From Chrysochromulina tobinii (taxonomy: Eukaryota): a stretch of 64,000 nucleotides of DNA. Every line of letters begins with the position of its first letter. The stretch's first letter is position 1. A program made the translations under genes and the position numbers. Below the pieces are notes generated by a model. It saw only the letters and a list, made by a program, of their open reading frames with translations. It ran no database searches and had not been told where the DNA came from. Below are positions 32,169-42,700 of the stretch, piece by piece. The DNA lies in NCBI GenBank assembly GCA_001275005.1, contig JWZX01003203.1:1-64000 (forward strand), read 5' to 3'.

Positions 32169-35100
32169 ATGCCCAAAACCGGCAGCAAGAAGTCGAAGAA
32201 GAAGCATGCCCAGCAGCCCGCGTCGCAAGCCGACGCCGACGATGAGACGTTCGATGATCACAACGAGTTTGACGACGATGCCGGCCCCGCCTCGCTCACT
32301 GCACCCACGGGCTTTGACAACACCGTCGCCTTTCCGGGCGCCGAAGACGACGAGGACGACGACGAGAACGATGGCGCGGACGGCGACGACGGACCGCGCA
32401 AGCCCAAGGGCAAGGGCAAGACGGGCGGCTTCCAATCCATGGGGCTCAGCCCGTATATTTACCGGTCGGTGATGCGCAAGGGCTACCGTGTGCCGACGCC
32501 CATCCAGCGCAAGGCGATCCCACCGATCCTGGCCGGGCGCGACGTGGTCGCAATGGCGCGCACGGGTTCGGGCAAGACGGCCGCCTTCCTGATCCCGCTC
32601 ATCGAGAAGCTCGGCGCGCACGCGTCCGTGGTCGGCGTGCGCGGTCTCGTGCTATCGCCCACGCGCGAGCTCGCGATGCAGGTGCGCTGCTTGCCGAGGA
32701 TTGCCGCTGGTTGCCGCTGATGGCCATGGTTGTCACTGACCATCGCGCTCTTGCTCTCCCATTCACGCTCGCGCGCGTACCGGTACCAGACACATAAGTT
32801 CTGTCTCGAGCTCTCACACTTCGTGCAGCCTCCGATGCGCTTCGCTCTGGTGGTGGGCGGAGACGCGATCGAGGAGCAGTTCGAGACGCTCGCGCGCAAC
32901 CCCGACGTGCTCGTCGGCACTCCTGGCCGTCTGCAGCACGTCCTCGTCGACGCGCAGCTCTCGCTGCAGGTGCCGCTGAGTGCCGCTGAGTGCCGCTGAA
33001 TGCTGTTGAGTGTTGTTGAGTGCTGCTGATGACCACCGATGGCTCTCGTCGCAGCGTGTGGAGTACGTGGTGTGCGACGAGGCTGATCGTCTCTTCGAGA
33101 TGGGCTTTGCCGCGCAGCTCGATGCAATCTTGCAATCTGTGCCGCCCACGCGCCAGACGCTGCTCTTCTCGGCTACGATGCCGGCGTTGCTGGCCGACTT
33201 CACACGCGCGAACCTGCATGACCCTCAGCTCATCCGCCTCGGTGCGCGCATGGTGGCCTCTGATGCCCTCTGCTGCCCTCTGATGGTCTCTGATGGTTCC
33301 TGATGGCCTCTGCTGCCCTCTGATGGTCTCTGCTCGCAGACCTGGACACCAAAGTGTCGGACACCCTCGAAATACACTTTCTGCGCGTGCGGCCACAGGA
33401 GAAACTCGGCGCGCTCCTGGTGCTCCTCGGGCAGGTAACCGCGTGATAGCCGCTCATGGCCGCTCGTGGCCGCTTATGGTCTCTGATTGCGATCGGATTG
33501 CTCGTGGTCTCTGATTGCGATCGGATTGCTCGTGGTCTCTGATTGCGATCGGATTGCTCATGGTCTCTGATTGCGATCGGATTGCTTGTGGTCTCTGATT
33601 GCGATCGGATTGCTCATGGTCTCTGATTGCGATCGGATTGCTCGTGGCAGACCTTGCCGCGCGATCAGCAGACGATCGTCTTTGCGTCCACCCGCCATCA
33701 TGTCGAGATGCTCTACGAGCTCCTTCTCACGGCTGGGTATGCATGCGCTGCCATTTATGGGTCACTCGACCCGGCGGCCCGCAAGATCGCCTTGGGCAAA
33801 TTCCGGGCGGGCAAGGCGAAGGTTCTGATTGTGACCGACGTGGCGGCGCGTGGCATCGACGTGCCGCTGCTCGACAACGTGGTCAACTTCGACTTCCCGA
33901 CGAAACCCAAATTATTCGTCCATCGTGCGGGGCGTGCGGGGCGTGCGGGGCGTGCCGGGACCGCCTTCTCGCTCGTCGAGCCCGAAGAGCTCCCCTATCT
34001 CGTCGATCTCCACCTCTATCTCGGCCGCAGATTGCGCCCAGTGCCGCTCGGGGGACTGCCCAGCGCCGGCGAGGGCGAGGGCGAGGGCGAGGGCGAGGGC
34101 GGCAGTGCTCTGGCACCGACCGACGTGCCGTTTGCCGTCTTCCCACCAACACTGCTCGAGAATGTGTGCTGAGTGCCGCAGAGTGCCTTTGGATGCCTCT
34201 GAGCGCCTCCTAGCGCCTCTGAGCGCCTCTGAGCGCCTCTGATTGCCTCCCTCATCAGGAGGTCGAGTACGCCCAACGGCTGCTCGATGCGAACCCGGAC
34301 CTCGGCCAGCTCTTCGGCGTCGCCCAGCGCTCGCTGCAGATGGTGCGCAAGACGCGTGCGGCGGCCTCGAGGGCGAGCGTCTCGCGTGCTCGTGAGCTGC
34401 CCGAGACGCTCGGGATCCATCCGCTCCTCGCGCATAGGTCACGCTGATTGCCCTCTGATTACCCTCTGATTACCCTCTGATTACCCTCTGATTACCCTCT
34501 GATTACCTTCTAGCTCTATGACGAGACTCGAACTGTCTTCCTCCATGGAAGTTTACACCACAAAACTGATTTAATGAATCCGAGAGCTTTATGTCCCACC
34601 AATGCCAACGAGTGCCAACGAGTGTGAACGAGTGTGAACGAGTGCCATGAGAGCTCACGATTGGCAACCGTCCATTCCTCCTCGTAGGGTTGACGTCGGT
34701 GCCGAGGCGCGCCGCTCAGCCATGCTCACCGAGCTCAAGACATTCAAACCGGGGCGGGAGTCTACCGCGGTGAAGAGCCTCGCTGTGAACTCATGGCCAC
34801 CTTGCTCGTCTGCTTGATTGCCTCCTTGATTGCCTCCTTGATTGCCTCCCTGATGCCTCACGGATTGCCTCCCTGATTGCCTCCTTCATCAGGTGAACAG
34901 CCTCAAGGGTAACAAATTGGCCGAAGCAGGCAAGCGGGCGCCGTCGCTTCCGCCGCCGCCCACGTACGCTGCAGTAGCAGCTGCGGCCGCGGGCATAGCT
35001 GCCAAGGCTGGAGGGACGAGCAAGCGGGCATCTGCTGCTGCCGCCGCCGCCGCGGGTGATCCAGGCGCTCGCCACGGCGCTCTGGACGCCGACGCGGCGG

Positions 35101-36228
35101 GCCCATCTCACGGCGCCCGCCACGGCGCGGGGCCATCGCACGGCGGGGCCGAGATCTCGGAGATCTCCATGTTTGGCGAGTCGAAGGGCACCGATCGCTC
35201 CACCACGGCGCCCACCACGGCGCTGCCGCGCCAAAAACGCAAGCGCGAGCCCAACGACTACCGCGACAGCGCCTTCTACATGGCGCATGAACGGCCGGTC
35301 GATAAGGGGGCGCTCGCAGCCGCAGCGTCGGACGAGTACTTGCGCGTGCATGCGGGCGAGCGCAAGCTTGATGAGGCGGTGCTCGACCTCGTCGAGGACG
35401 AGCGCGACGGCCTCAAGAAGCGCCGCTCCGTCCTCAAGTGGGACCAAAAGAAGCGAAAGTATGTTCGCGAGGTGCTCGGACAGACGGGTGTTGGCGCTGC
35501 TGTGGGCGTGGCCGACCGTGGCAAGAAGCGGCTGCGGGATGAGAGTGGACAGCTGGTCAAGGAGAAAGCCAATCTGTAAGTGCCTCTGATGGCCTCGCTG
35601 ATGGCCTCGCTGATGGCCTCACTGATGGCCTCTCTGATGGCCTCGCTGATGGCCTCACTAATGGCCTCGCTGATGGCCTCTCTGATGGCCCCTGATCGCC
35701 CCCCTCATCAGGTACGAGGAGTGGAAGAAGAAATCGAAACGTCGCATCCAGCAGCCCGGTGAAGCAGAGAGCTCCGAGGCGGGTGAGTCGTACGAGCTGC
35801 GGAAGCGCACCAAAGGCGGCCGCTTCTACCATACGTTGACGAAGCCGTTGCCTAATGCGGACGTCAAGAGCGAGCTGCGATCTGAGCAGCAGATTGCGAA
35901 GATGCGCAAGGAAGAGGCGAAAAAGGGAGCCAAGGGCGGCGGCAAGGGCGGCGGCAAAGGAGGCGGCGGCAAGGGCGGTGGCGGCAAAGGGGGCGGCGGG
36001 AAAGGAGGCGGTGGCGGAAAGGGCGGCGGCGGAAAGGGCGGCGGCAAGTTTGGCAGCGGCAAGGGCAGCAGCAAGAGCGGTGGAAAGGGTGGCGGCAAGG
36101 GTGGCGGCAAGGGCGGCGGCAAGGGCGGTGGCGGCAAGGGCGGTGGTGGCAAGGGCATGGGCAAAGGCGGCGGCAAGGGCGGCAAAGGCGGTGGCGGTCG
36201 TGGCATAGGCAAGAAGGGCCGAAGGTGA
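32169..36228 (+). CDS. DDX54: DEAD-box RNA helicase DDX54/DBP10; 9 exons: 32169-32681, 32790-32969, 33055-33241, 33340-33434, 33651-34163, 34259-34437, 34688-34769, 34893-35575, 35712-36228
   Basis: [66 protein letters not shown], and DBP10-type C-terminal [10 protein letters not shown] and [10 protein letters not shown]; all eight GT-AG introns preserve the frame. Confidence 0.93.
33477..33646 (+). repeat. 28-nt minisatellite (~6 copies, TGGTCTCTGATTGCGATCGGATTGCTCG) filling DDX54 intron 4
   Basis: Directly visible. Confidence 0.92.
34512..34588 (+). ncRNA. Intronic box C/D snoRNA, snR51/SNORD57(U57)-like, predicted guide for 18S rRNA Am100 (yeast numbering)
   Basis: Terminal stem AGCTC (34512-16)/GAGCT (34584-88); box C variant ATGACGA 34518-24; box D variant CCGA 34580-83; guide AACTGATTTAATGA (34564-77) is complementary to conserved 18S UCAUUAAAUCAGUU; the D+5 base (T34575) pairs with the A of GGCUCA, the known Am100/Am99 site. 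Located in intron 6 of a ribosome-biogenesis gene. Confidence 0.85.
35586..35700 (+). repeat. 12-nt minisatellite (CTGATGGCCTCG, ~9 copies) filling DDX54 intron 8
   Basis: Directly visible; the intron ends CCCTCATCAG. Confidence 0.92.
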
Positions 36229-36521
36229 ATACAACTGAAAAGCAGATGTGGACGTGCGGCGGTGCGTGCGGGTGGCCTCTTACGGCTGGCCCCGACCGCG
36301 GGAGCTGTTAAAAATGAGCGAGGTTAGGCAGGTTTGAAAGTGGTGCCTCGCGAACGAACGCTCATCACGGAACTCAAAGTCTCAACAACGAGCGCGCGCT
36401 CGCTTAATTAAGTTTTTCGTCCGTCCCACCCGCGCCTTACTGGCACATCGGTCATCGCAGGGAGCGCCGAGTGCCACATCTCGTCTACGGCGTACGGTAC
36501 CAAGAAATCCTGCTACGTACG

Positions 36522-36616
36522 GTACATTGAATCCTCAAAGCCACCCTAATGATGACCGCAATCCTGATACGTACATTGAATCCTCAAAGCCACCCTTAGA
36601 TGATGACCGCAATCCA
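36522..36616 (+). repeat. ~45-nt tandem duplication (period 49) just past the GT77 stop codon
   Basis: GTACATTGAATCCTCAAAGCCACCCT..ATGATGACCGCAATCC occurs twice. Confidence 0.9.
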
Positions 36617-36627
36617 GCGCAAAGCAT

Positions 36628-38680
36628 TCAATCCGAGGTGATGATGGCTGCCTGTCGGAGAGCCGTCTCGACCCAGCTGAGCTGCGGCTCTCCTCGCCAC
36701 GCCCTCTGTCCCTCGAGCGGCGGCAGCAGGTAGGGCACGAGCCCCGCCGAGCGCCGGAAGCGCTCGTCCGAGGTACAGCACCAGCCGCCGAGCAACTGCT
36801 GCGCGTCGCGGTGGAACGGGACGAGATAGCGCGAGGGCGTTCCGTCGGGTTCGTCACTCAACCGCCCGAGGGCATGAGAGGCGTCCTCCAGGTGAATACG
36901 TGGCGTCGCGGCGAAGGGAGCGAGCGCAGCGAGTACTGCGCCCGATGAGGGCGCAGGTGGCAGCTCGATGCGCGCCACTTTGCTGTTGCTGCCATCGCTA
37001 CTGCTGCTGCTGCCGCTGCTCTTGCTGCCGCTGCTGCTGCTGCCGCTGCTGCTGCTGCCGCTGCCGCTGCTGCCGCTTCTGGCCGCCGCGCTGCCGCCGG
37101 CGGCGACACCCACGAGCAAAACCAGCTCCTTGACAGCGCGCGGTGTGCGTTCGGCGCGTAAAAAGGAGCGTTCGCGCAGGACGAAGGGCGACTTGCCGAA
37201 GTGCTCGGGCATCAGCCAATGGTCGATGGTGCAGTTGTATGGGATCGGGGTGCTCGGGTGGCCAGCGCCCCGGCAATCCGGCTGCACGTGACGCGGATGA
37301 AAGCCATACTCGCACGCACAAAGCACCGGTTCCGGCAGCACGAGGGCGCGATGTAGCAGGCGCGCGAGGAAGAGGGCGTTGCGCAGTTGCGCGATCTGCA
37401 AGCGCATGAGCCGCAGGCCTGGTCAGTGGCAACTGGTCAATGGCAACCCGTGGCGATCAAATGCACTCAGATGCAATCAATGGACCTCCATGAGCAGCAC
37501 TGACCTGCACGCGCATGAGCCGCAGATGAGTCCTTGGTAGCGTCGTCCCGCCGTCTGATCGACGTGGCAGCTCCGACGGCGCCACGAGCAGTGGAGCGGG
37601 AATCTGAGGCGTGTACGAGAGGTATCCTGCCCACGAGCCCCCCTCGCCGCCCTCGCCGGCTCGATGACGGTGCCGGCCTGCCATTGCGCCTCGGCTCGCC
37701 GTCGCGCCTCGGCCCGGCGTCGCGCCTCGCGCGTGGACGACCTCCGCTTCGTCATTCCACAGCCCTGCCTCACGAAGCCTTGCCAGCTTTACGGCCGGCT
37801 GCTGTACCCGCGCAAAGGTCGCATGGACGGCGTAGGGCAGCACATGCGCGGCCGCGTGCAGGCGCAGCACGCCGTGCGTGAGCAAGTTCCCAAACTGCGC
37901 GATCGGAAGCACGCCCGCGACCACAGTCCCATTCACAAGGCCGCAAAGACGTCGCCCACGAGCGTCCGAGATGGCGAAGAGCGTACGGCGCCAGCGCCAC
38001 CGGTCCGCCCCCTTCTTCCAGCGGTAGTTGATCGGCCCCTGGTCGACGCGTCGCAAATTGCCGGGCAGCAGCAGATGCGCCATCGCCTCGCGGATGGCGC
38101 GAATGGCGCCGTCGCGAGCGCCCGGAGGGAAGTGCATCAGACCGATATTGAGCGACTCATGGCAAGCGCGTGCGTGCTCGAGGTCGAGGTCGCCGCCGTC
38201 GCCGCTTTCAACGGCGTCACCAACGCTCGGGCTGAGACGCTGGGCGTCAGTGGGGCCTTGCGCATCGCTCGAGATGGCCAGGTCCATGAGCGGATGCGCC
38301 GCCTCGAGCTGAAGGAGGTACGGCCTCGGGTCTCGCAAAAAGACGACATCACAGTCCGAGAGCAGGACACGCGCGCCTGTCCGGAGCAGCGGTAGCACGT
38401 GGAACCAGCGGCCGCCCTGCGCGTTCGAGCCCGCTTCCTTCGACACCGCCGAGAAGCCGATCGCTCCATATGGCCGCAGCGCAAGATTCATGCCAGCGAA
38501 CGTCTGCGTTGCCGGCGACGCCTGCAGCAACCCGACCAGTATCCCGCGCACTCCGGCGCGGTGCAAATGGGCCGCCCAGTTGACCGCGAAACTCAACGCT
38601 TTGACATTGGCGAAGGTTACCACGATGGTGTTGTCGACGGCGTGCCTTGAGACGAGCCGGCGAAGGTCGTCGACCGCCAT
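36628..38680 (-). CDS. Nucleotide-diphospho-sugar transferase (GT77, XEG113 arabinosyltransferase-like); intron 37504-37396; true start uncertain (frame open to 38857)
   Basis: IVVTFAN, VLLSDCDVVFLRDP (DxD), LNIG, DQGPIN, YAVHATF, KLARLREAGLW, QLRNALFLARLLHRALVLP. Confidence 0.82.
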
Positions 38681-38844
38681 ATCGTCACACCGCAGCTCCA
38701 GTGTGAAACGGCTGTGCGGTACCTGAAGGTACTTCACAAGGCACCGAGAAGGCACCACTGCTGCTCGGGTCTCGATACGTCTCCTGCCATTTTTGTGGAA
38801 AAAAAAGGTCACGCTTGGGAAAGCGATCACCACGAGTACGTGGT

Positions 38845-40617
38845 ATGCGCCAGCCACGCTGTTCGGCAGCGCAGCTGTCCCAGCTGTCCGCGGACGCGGA
38901 GCGCTCGGTGGGCATCTGCGAGTATGTGTCTCAGGCGCTGCCGGGTTTAGGCGGCGTTGTCAAAGCGCGTCCGTCCGACTTTCAGGTCAACGAGATCTCC
39001 ATAGCTGGAAACGAGGTCATCATCTCTGAAGCAGCTATCGACGAGGGCCGTGCAGACGAACAGTCTGAAAGCACTGATGATGCGCCCGATCAGTTCACTC
39101 GTTTCACGCTTCGCAAGGAGCGTATGGATACTTTCGGCGCCATCGCCGAGATGGCGCGTCAGCTCGAGGTGCCGGCACGCTCGTTTGGGTTTGCAGGCCT
39201 CAAGGACTTCCGAGCCGTGACGACCCAGGAGATGACCGTGCGAGGTGTGCCACCCGCGGCGGTGCGCGTCTTGGTGCACTCGCATTTGCAAGTTAGCTCG
39301 TGCCGCAAAGTGGCGCGCTCGCTGCGGCTGGGACAGCTCAGCGGCAACCGCTTCCGAATCGTCCTGCGTTCGTGCCACGGGACCGCCGCCGAGGTGGAGG
39401 CAGCGCTGTCGGCACTGGCGCGCCGCGGCTTCGTCAACTACTTTGGCATGCAGCGCTTCGGCGAGACCGCCGCGCGCAACGACGAGGTGGGCAAGCACCT
39501 CCTCCTCGGCCAGTACGCCGCAGCGGTCGATGCGCTGCTCAAGCCCCGCCCTGACGACGCGAGAACGGGCGGCGCAGAGGCAGAGGCGAGGGAGGCGTGG
39601 GAGCGTTCCAATGACGTGCGCACCGTGCTCAAGCTGATGCCACGGGTGCGCAGCGTCGAGCGCGAGGTGCTCAGCGCGCTCGCGCGTACGCTCGGCGAGA
39701 CCCAAACACTCTCTTATGAAGAGCGCTGCCGCTTGGCGGTGCTCTCGCTGCCCCTCAACCTACGTCGTCTGCTCGCGCATGCTTACTTCTCCCGGCTATG
39801 GAACCTGGCGGCGTCGGAGCGGCTGCGTCAGCATGGGCTCCGGCGCGCGCTCGAGGGCGAGTTCGTGCTTCCCAGGGGCAAGCGCTTCGCGCGTCTCATG
39901 CGACGGGGGTCTGGCGCACGTCGCGATGCAGTGCACGTGGTGACGGCGGAGGAGGCGGCCGCAGGCACTTACAGCGTGCGCCGAGTTGTGCTGCCGCTGC
40001 CCGGACGGTTGATCGAGATGCCGCGCACCGCGGTGGGTCGCTTCTACTCGCAACTGCTTGATCTGGACGGCGTGGAGACGCCGAGCCTCGAGCGCTCCGC
40101 CAAACGGGCCCGTTGTGGCGCAGATGCTCCGGCGGATGGTGCTCACGTGGGTGCTAGGGAGGAGGAGGAGGAGGAGGAGGAGGAGGAGGAGGAAGGGCCT
40201 TGGGAATCGGATGTTGCGGATCATGGGGCGAGCAATATGGACGCTGACAACGACGATGCAGCAGCGGAGGGGAAGGAGCTGCCGGACGCGGCATGGCAGG
40301 CGATGGACGAGGTCCATGCCGATTCGGATCCCAGCAGCAGCAGTAGCGACAGTTGGAGTTGGTTCGAGCTCAATGGTGACTACCGCCCATTGCTGCTACG
40401 GCCGCGCCGGATGACGTGGCAGGTCAAGGACGCGGTCTCCCTCAACGAGATTAGTGAATTTAAGAACTTGTCGTTAGTCACCGCCGGCTCCGCTCTGGGC
40501 GCGCACGACGTTTTCCTCCAATTTGATCTGCCGCCGGGTGCGTACGCGACGATCGCCTTGAGAGAAGTGCAAAAGGAGAACCCAGCGCCGACGCGGAAGA
40601 CGCACATTCGGTTCTGA
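38845..40617 (+). CDS. PUS7: Pseudouridine synthase PUS7 (TruD family)
   Basis: KARPSDFQVNEI, FAGLKDFRAVTTQ (catalytic Asp), LSGNRFRIVLR, GFVNYFGMQRFG, GDYRPL, FDLPPGAYATIALRE. Confidence 0.93.
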   Translation: MRQPRCSAAQLSQLSADAERSVGICEYVSQALPGLGGVVKARPSDFQVNEISIAGNEVIISEAAIDEGRADEQSESTDDAPDQFTRFTLRKERMDTFGAIAEMARQLEVPARSFGFAGLKDFRAVTTQEMTVRGVPPAAVRVLVHSHLQVSSCRKVARSLRLGQLSGNRFRIVLRSCHGTAAEVEAALSALARRGFVNYFGMQRFGETAARNDEVGKHLLLGQYAAAVDALLKPRPDDARTGGAEAEAREAWERSNDVRTVLKLMPRVRSVEREVLSALARTLGETQTLSYEERCRLAVLSLPLNLRRLLAHAYFSRLWNLAASERLRQHGLRRALEGEFVLPRGKRFARLMRRGSGARRDAVHVVTAEEAAAGTYSVRRVVLPLPGRLIEMPRTAVGRFYSQLLDLDGVETPSLERSAKRARCGADAPADGAHVGAREEEEEEEEEEEEGPWESDVADHGASNMDADNDDAAAEGKELPDAAWQAMDEVHADSDPSSSSSDSWSWFELNGDYRPLLLRPRRMTWQVKDAVSLNEISEFKNLSLVTAGSALGAHDVFLQFDLPPGAYATIALREVQKENPAPTRKTHIRF

Positions 40618-40997
40618 TGGGGTGTAACGTGGGTCGTGGGTCATAGGGATATGCTCATAGGCTTGGATTGGATTGGATTTTGGTTCGATTCGGCGCCGAT
40701 GATCATCCGCCGCGCGTTACGCAATTTTTGGTATTAATAAAAGTAGTCTCAAAAAGTACGTGCTGCGAACAGGTCGCGCACCTGAGCCGAGATAAACAGA
40801 AGTGATGCATCTTCGGTATCTGTACCAGATCTGTACGCGGTGTCGAAAGCCACAGGCAGCGAGGCAGGTATCTGCTGGAGATAGTGCGGTTGTGATGTCT
40901 TGTACCCGGACACACGACAGGAGTAGGCAATACGACGTGATCGCTCAGTGAACCACTCCGTAACCACTCCATACATGTAGGTGTTCGGCGGGCTCAC

Positions 40998-42122
40998 TCA
41001 CACCCAAAAGTGGGCCCGCACACCTCGCGAGCGCAGCTTGTGCATCAGCCGCAGTGCCTCGTCGACTGTGTGGTTAAAGTGCGTTTCCTTCCATCCAAAC
41101 TCAACGCCGTGGTCGAATCGGAAGTGGTATTCAAACCAGAGTTCGTCCACGAGCGCGAGCAGCCGTGAGTCCGCCGCGATCGCATGCATGATCGAGAGCT
41201 CTGTCGGGCTGTGGTCGATGTCGAGCTTCAGCACTACGAAATCGTCAGGCGTGACAGTATGCTTCAGCCAGGACAGCACGCTCATGCCCGTGGGCGGCGC
41301 GTCGGCGGTCGCCGGCGCCTCGGGCTCCGCGTCCACGCGTACGTTGTAAAAGGACGTGCGCATGCGCATGAGCGGCGTGAGCGTCGCCCACCACGCGGGC
41401 TGGTTGTATGGCCTCGCCTCCCATGCGAAGATGCGGTCAAAGTGGATGCAGCGGCGCGCGTATCTGTCGATCCATGAAGGCACTGAGGCGCCTCCGCGGT
41501 AGCGTGTCGCCTTGCACTCTCTTGCTGCGCTTTTAGAGTCGTGATGGCCGAGGCGTGAGCTTAGAGTGCCCGCGCTGGCGTTGGTATGGTCGAGGATGGC
41601 CTCGGCCTTGATCGCGAACAGCTTCTCGCGGCACTTGAGCCACTCGACCTCATTCGGGCCGCCGGCACCCACGTCGAAGAGCACGCTGCGTGCCAGCGGC
41701 GGCCGCCCGCACCAGTTGAGCGGCACGAGATGCGACGTGCTGGACACATCTACTCCGGGCAAGCCCATGGGTTGAGCACAACGGCGACGCCAGGCATTTT
41801 GGTTGACAAGGCAGCCAACGCGGGCGCACGGATGCCGTGCCATGCCTGTGAGAGGCTCAAGATGGCTACGCGGAAGCTCGTCTCCGGAGCAGGAGAGCGT
41901 CGAAATGGCGTCTGCTTCTGCGCCGTCGCGAGGCTTACGATCGCCATTCTCGCCAGAAACATCGGCTGCATACGGCAACCAGCCATCGTGTGCGACATTA
42001 GATTGCAACATCGTTGTCACGCAGATGCGGTTGACAGCACTTCGCGAGAGCCATTGTGCCTCGATCTTCGACGAGACGTACTGGGGCGCGGCGCAGGGAG
42101 GATACCGGTAGCGGGCCGCCAT
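40998..42122 (-). CDS. FkbM-like SAM-dependent methyltransferase
   Basis: LFDVGAG, IFAWEA, DFVVLKLDID, LVDELWFEYH; start uncertain. Confidence 0.75.
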   Translation of the reverse strand: MAARYRYPPCAAPQYVSSKIEAQWLSRSAVNRICVTTMLQSNVAHDGWLPYAADVSGENGDRKPRDGAEADAISTLSCSGDELPRSHLEPLTGMARHPCARVGCLVNQNAWRRRCAQPMGLPGVDVSSTSHLVPLNWCGRPPLARSVLFDVGAGGPNEVEWLKCREKLFAIKAEAILDHTNASAGTLSSRLGHHDSKSAARECKATRYRGGASVPSWIDRYARRCIHFDRIFAWEARPYNQPAWWATLTPLMRMRTSFYNVRVDAEPEAPATADAPPTGMSVLSWLKHTVTPDDFVVLKLDIDHSPTELSIMHAIAADSRLLALVDELWFEYHFRFDHGVEFGWKETHFNHTVDEALRLMHKLRSRGVRAHFWV

Positions 42123-42700
42123 GAGCAACCTCAGCCGTGCACCCCAGCAGGCCACCGCTCAGCCTCCGAGACACGCAGTCTGGAACAAACTTCCTGTCCT
42201 GCAAAAAAGGAGGCATGCATGTACCGGTACAAACAAGCCCCACTCGCCAACATACTTGTGTTGTTTCGACTCATTAGCTTGCTTGCTTGCTTGCCAGCCG
42301 TGGGCGTGGCCGGCTCCCCATAAGGGGCCGGTCACGACGAGTTCCACCACGACGCCTCGCCATACGGCGCGTCGCCCCCCATCACGGGGGCGACCGTGAC
42401 ATGCAGCGGCAAAATCCTCCCCGTGAGGCGGCTCGAAAGCGCTTGTAAGCGATACTCCAGGTTCACTGTACGGTCCGGTTACGTTCCGATCGAAACAAAA
42501 GATAAACAAAAGAAAGCTTTCTACACCAACTCTTCGTATACACCGATCTCCGTTCATGTAGTACTGTAACGTACCGGTTTGTCAGCTTGTTCCAGTCCTG
42601 GTTGGTCTCTTGGTAGCCGAAGAAAAGGATCAACCTCTTCTACCGCTCCGGCTGCACGATCGTGCGCCGCGTCGGCGCGCGCTAGCGAGCTAGAGGACAG

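Noticed and set aside
33477..33646. Regular 28-nt repeat resembling a CRISPR array
   Set aside because: Units are directly adjacent with no unique spacers, lie in a spliceosomal intron, and no cas genes are present.
40660..40700. GGTTCGATTC resembling a tRNA T-loop
   Set aside because: No cloverleaf stems around it; preceded by a TTGGA micro-repeat.
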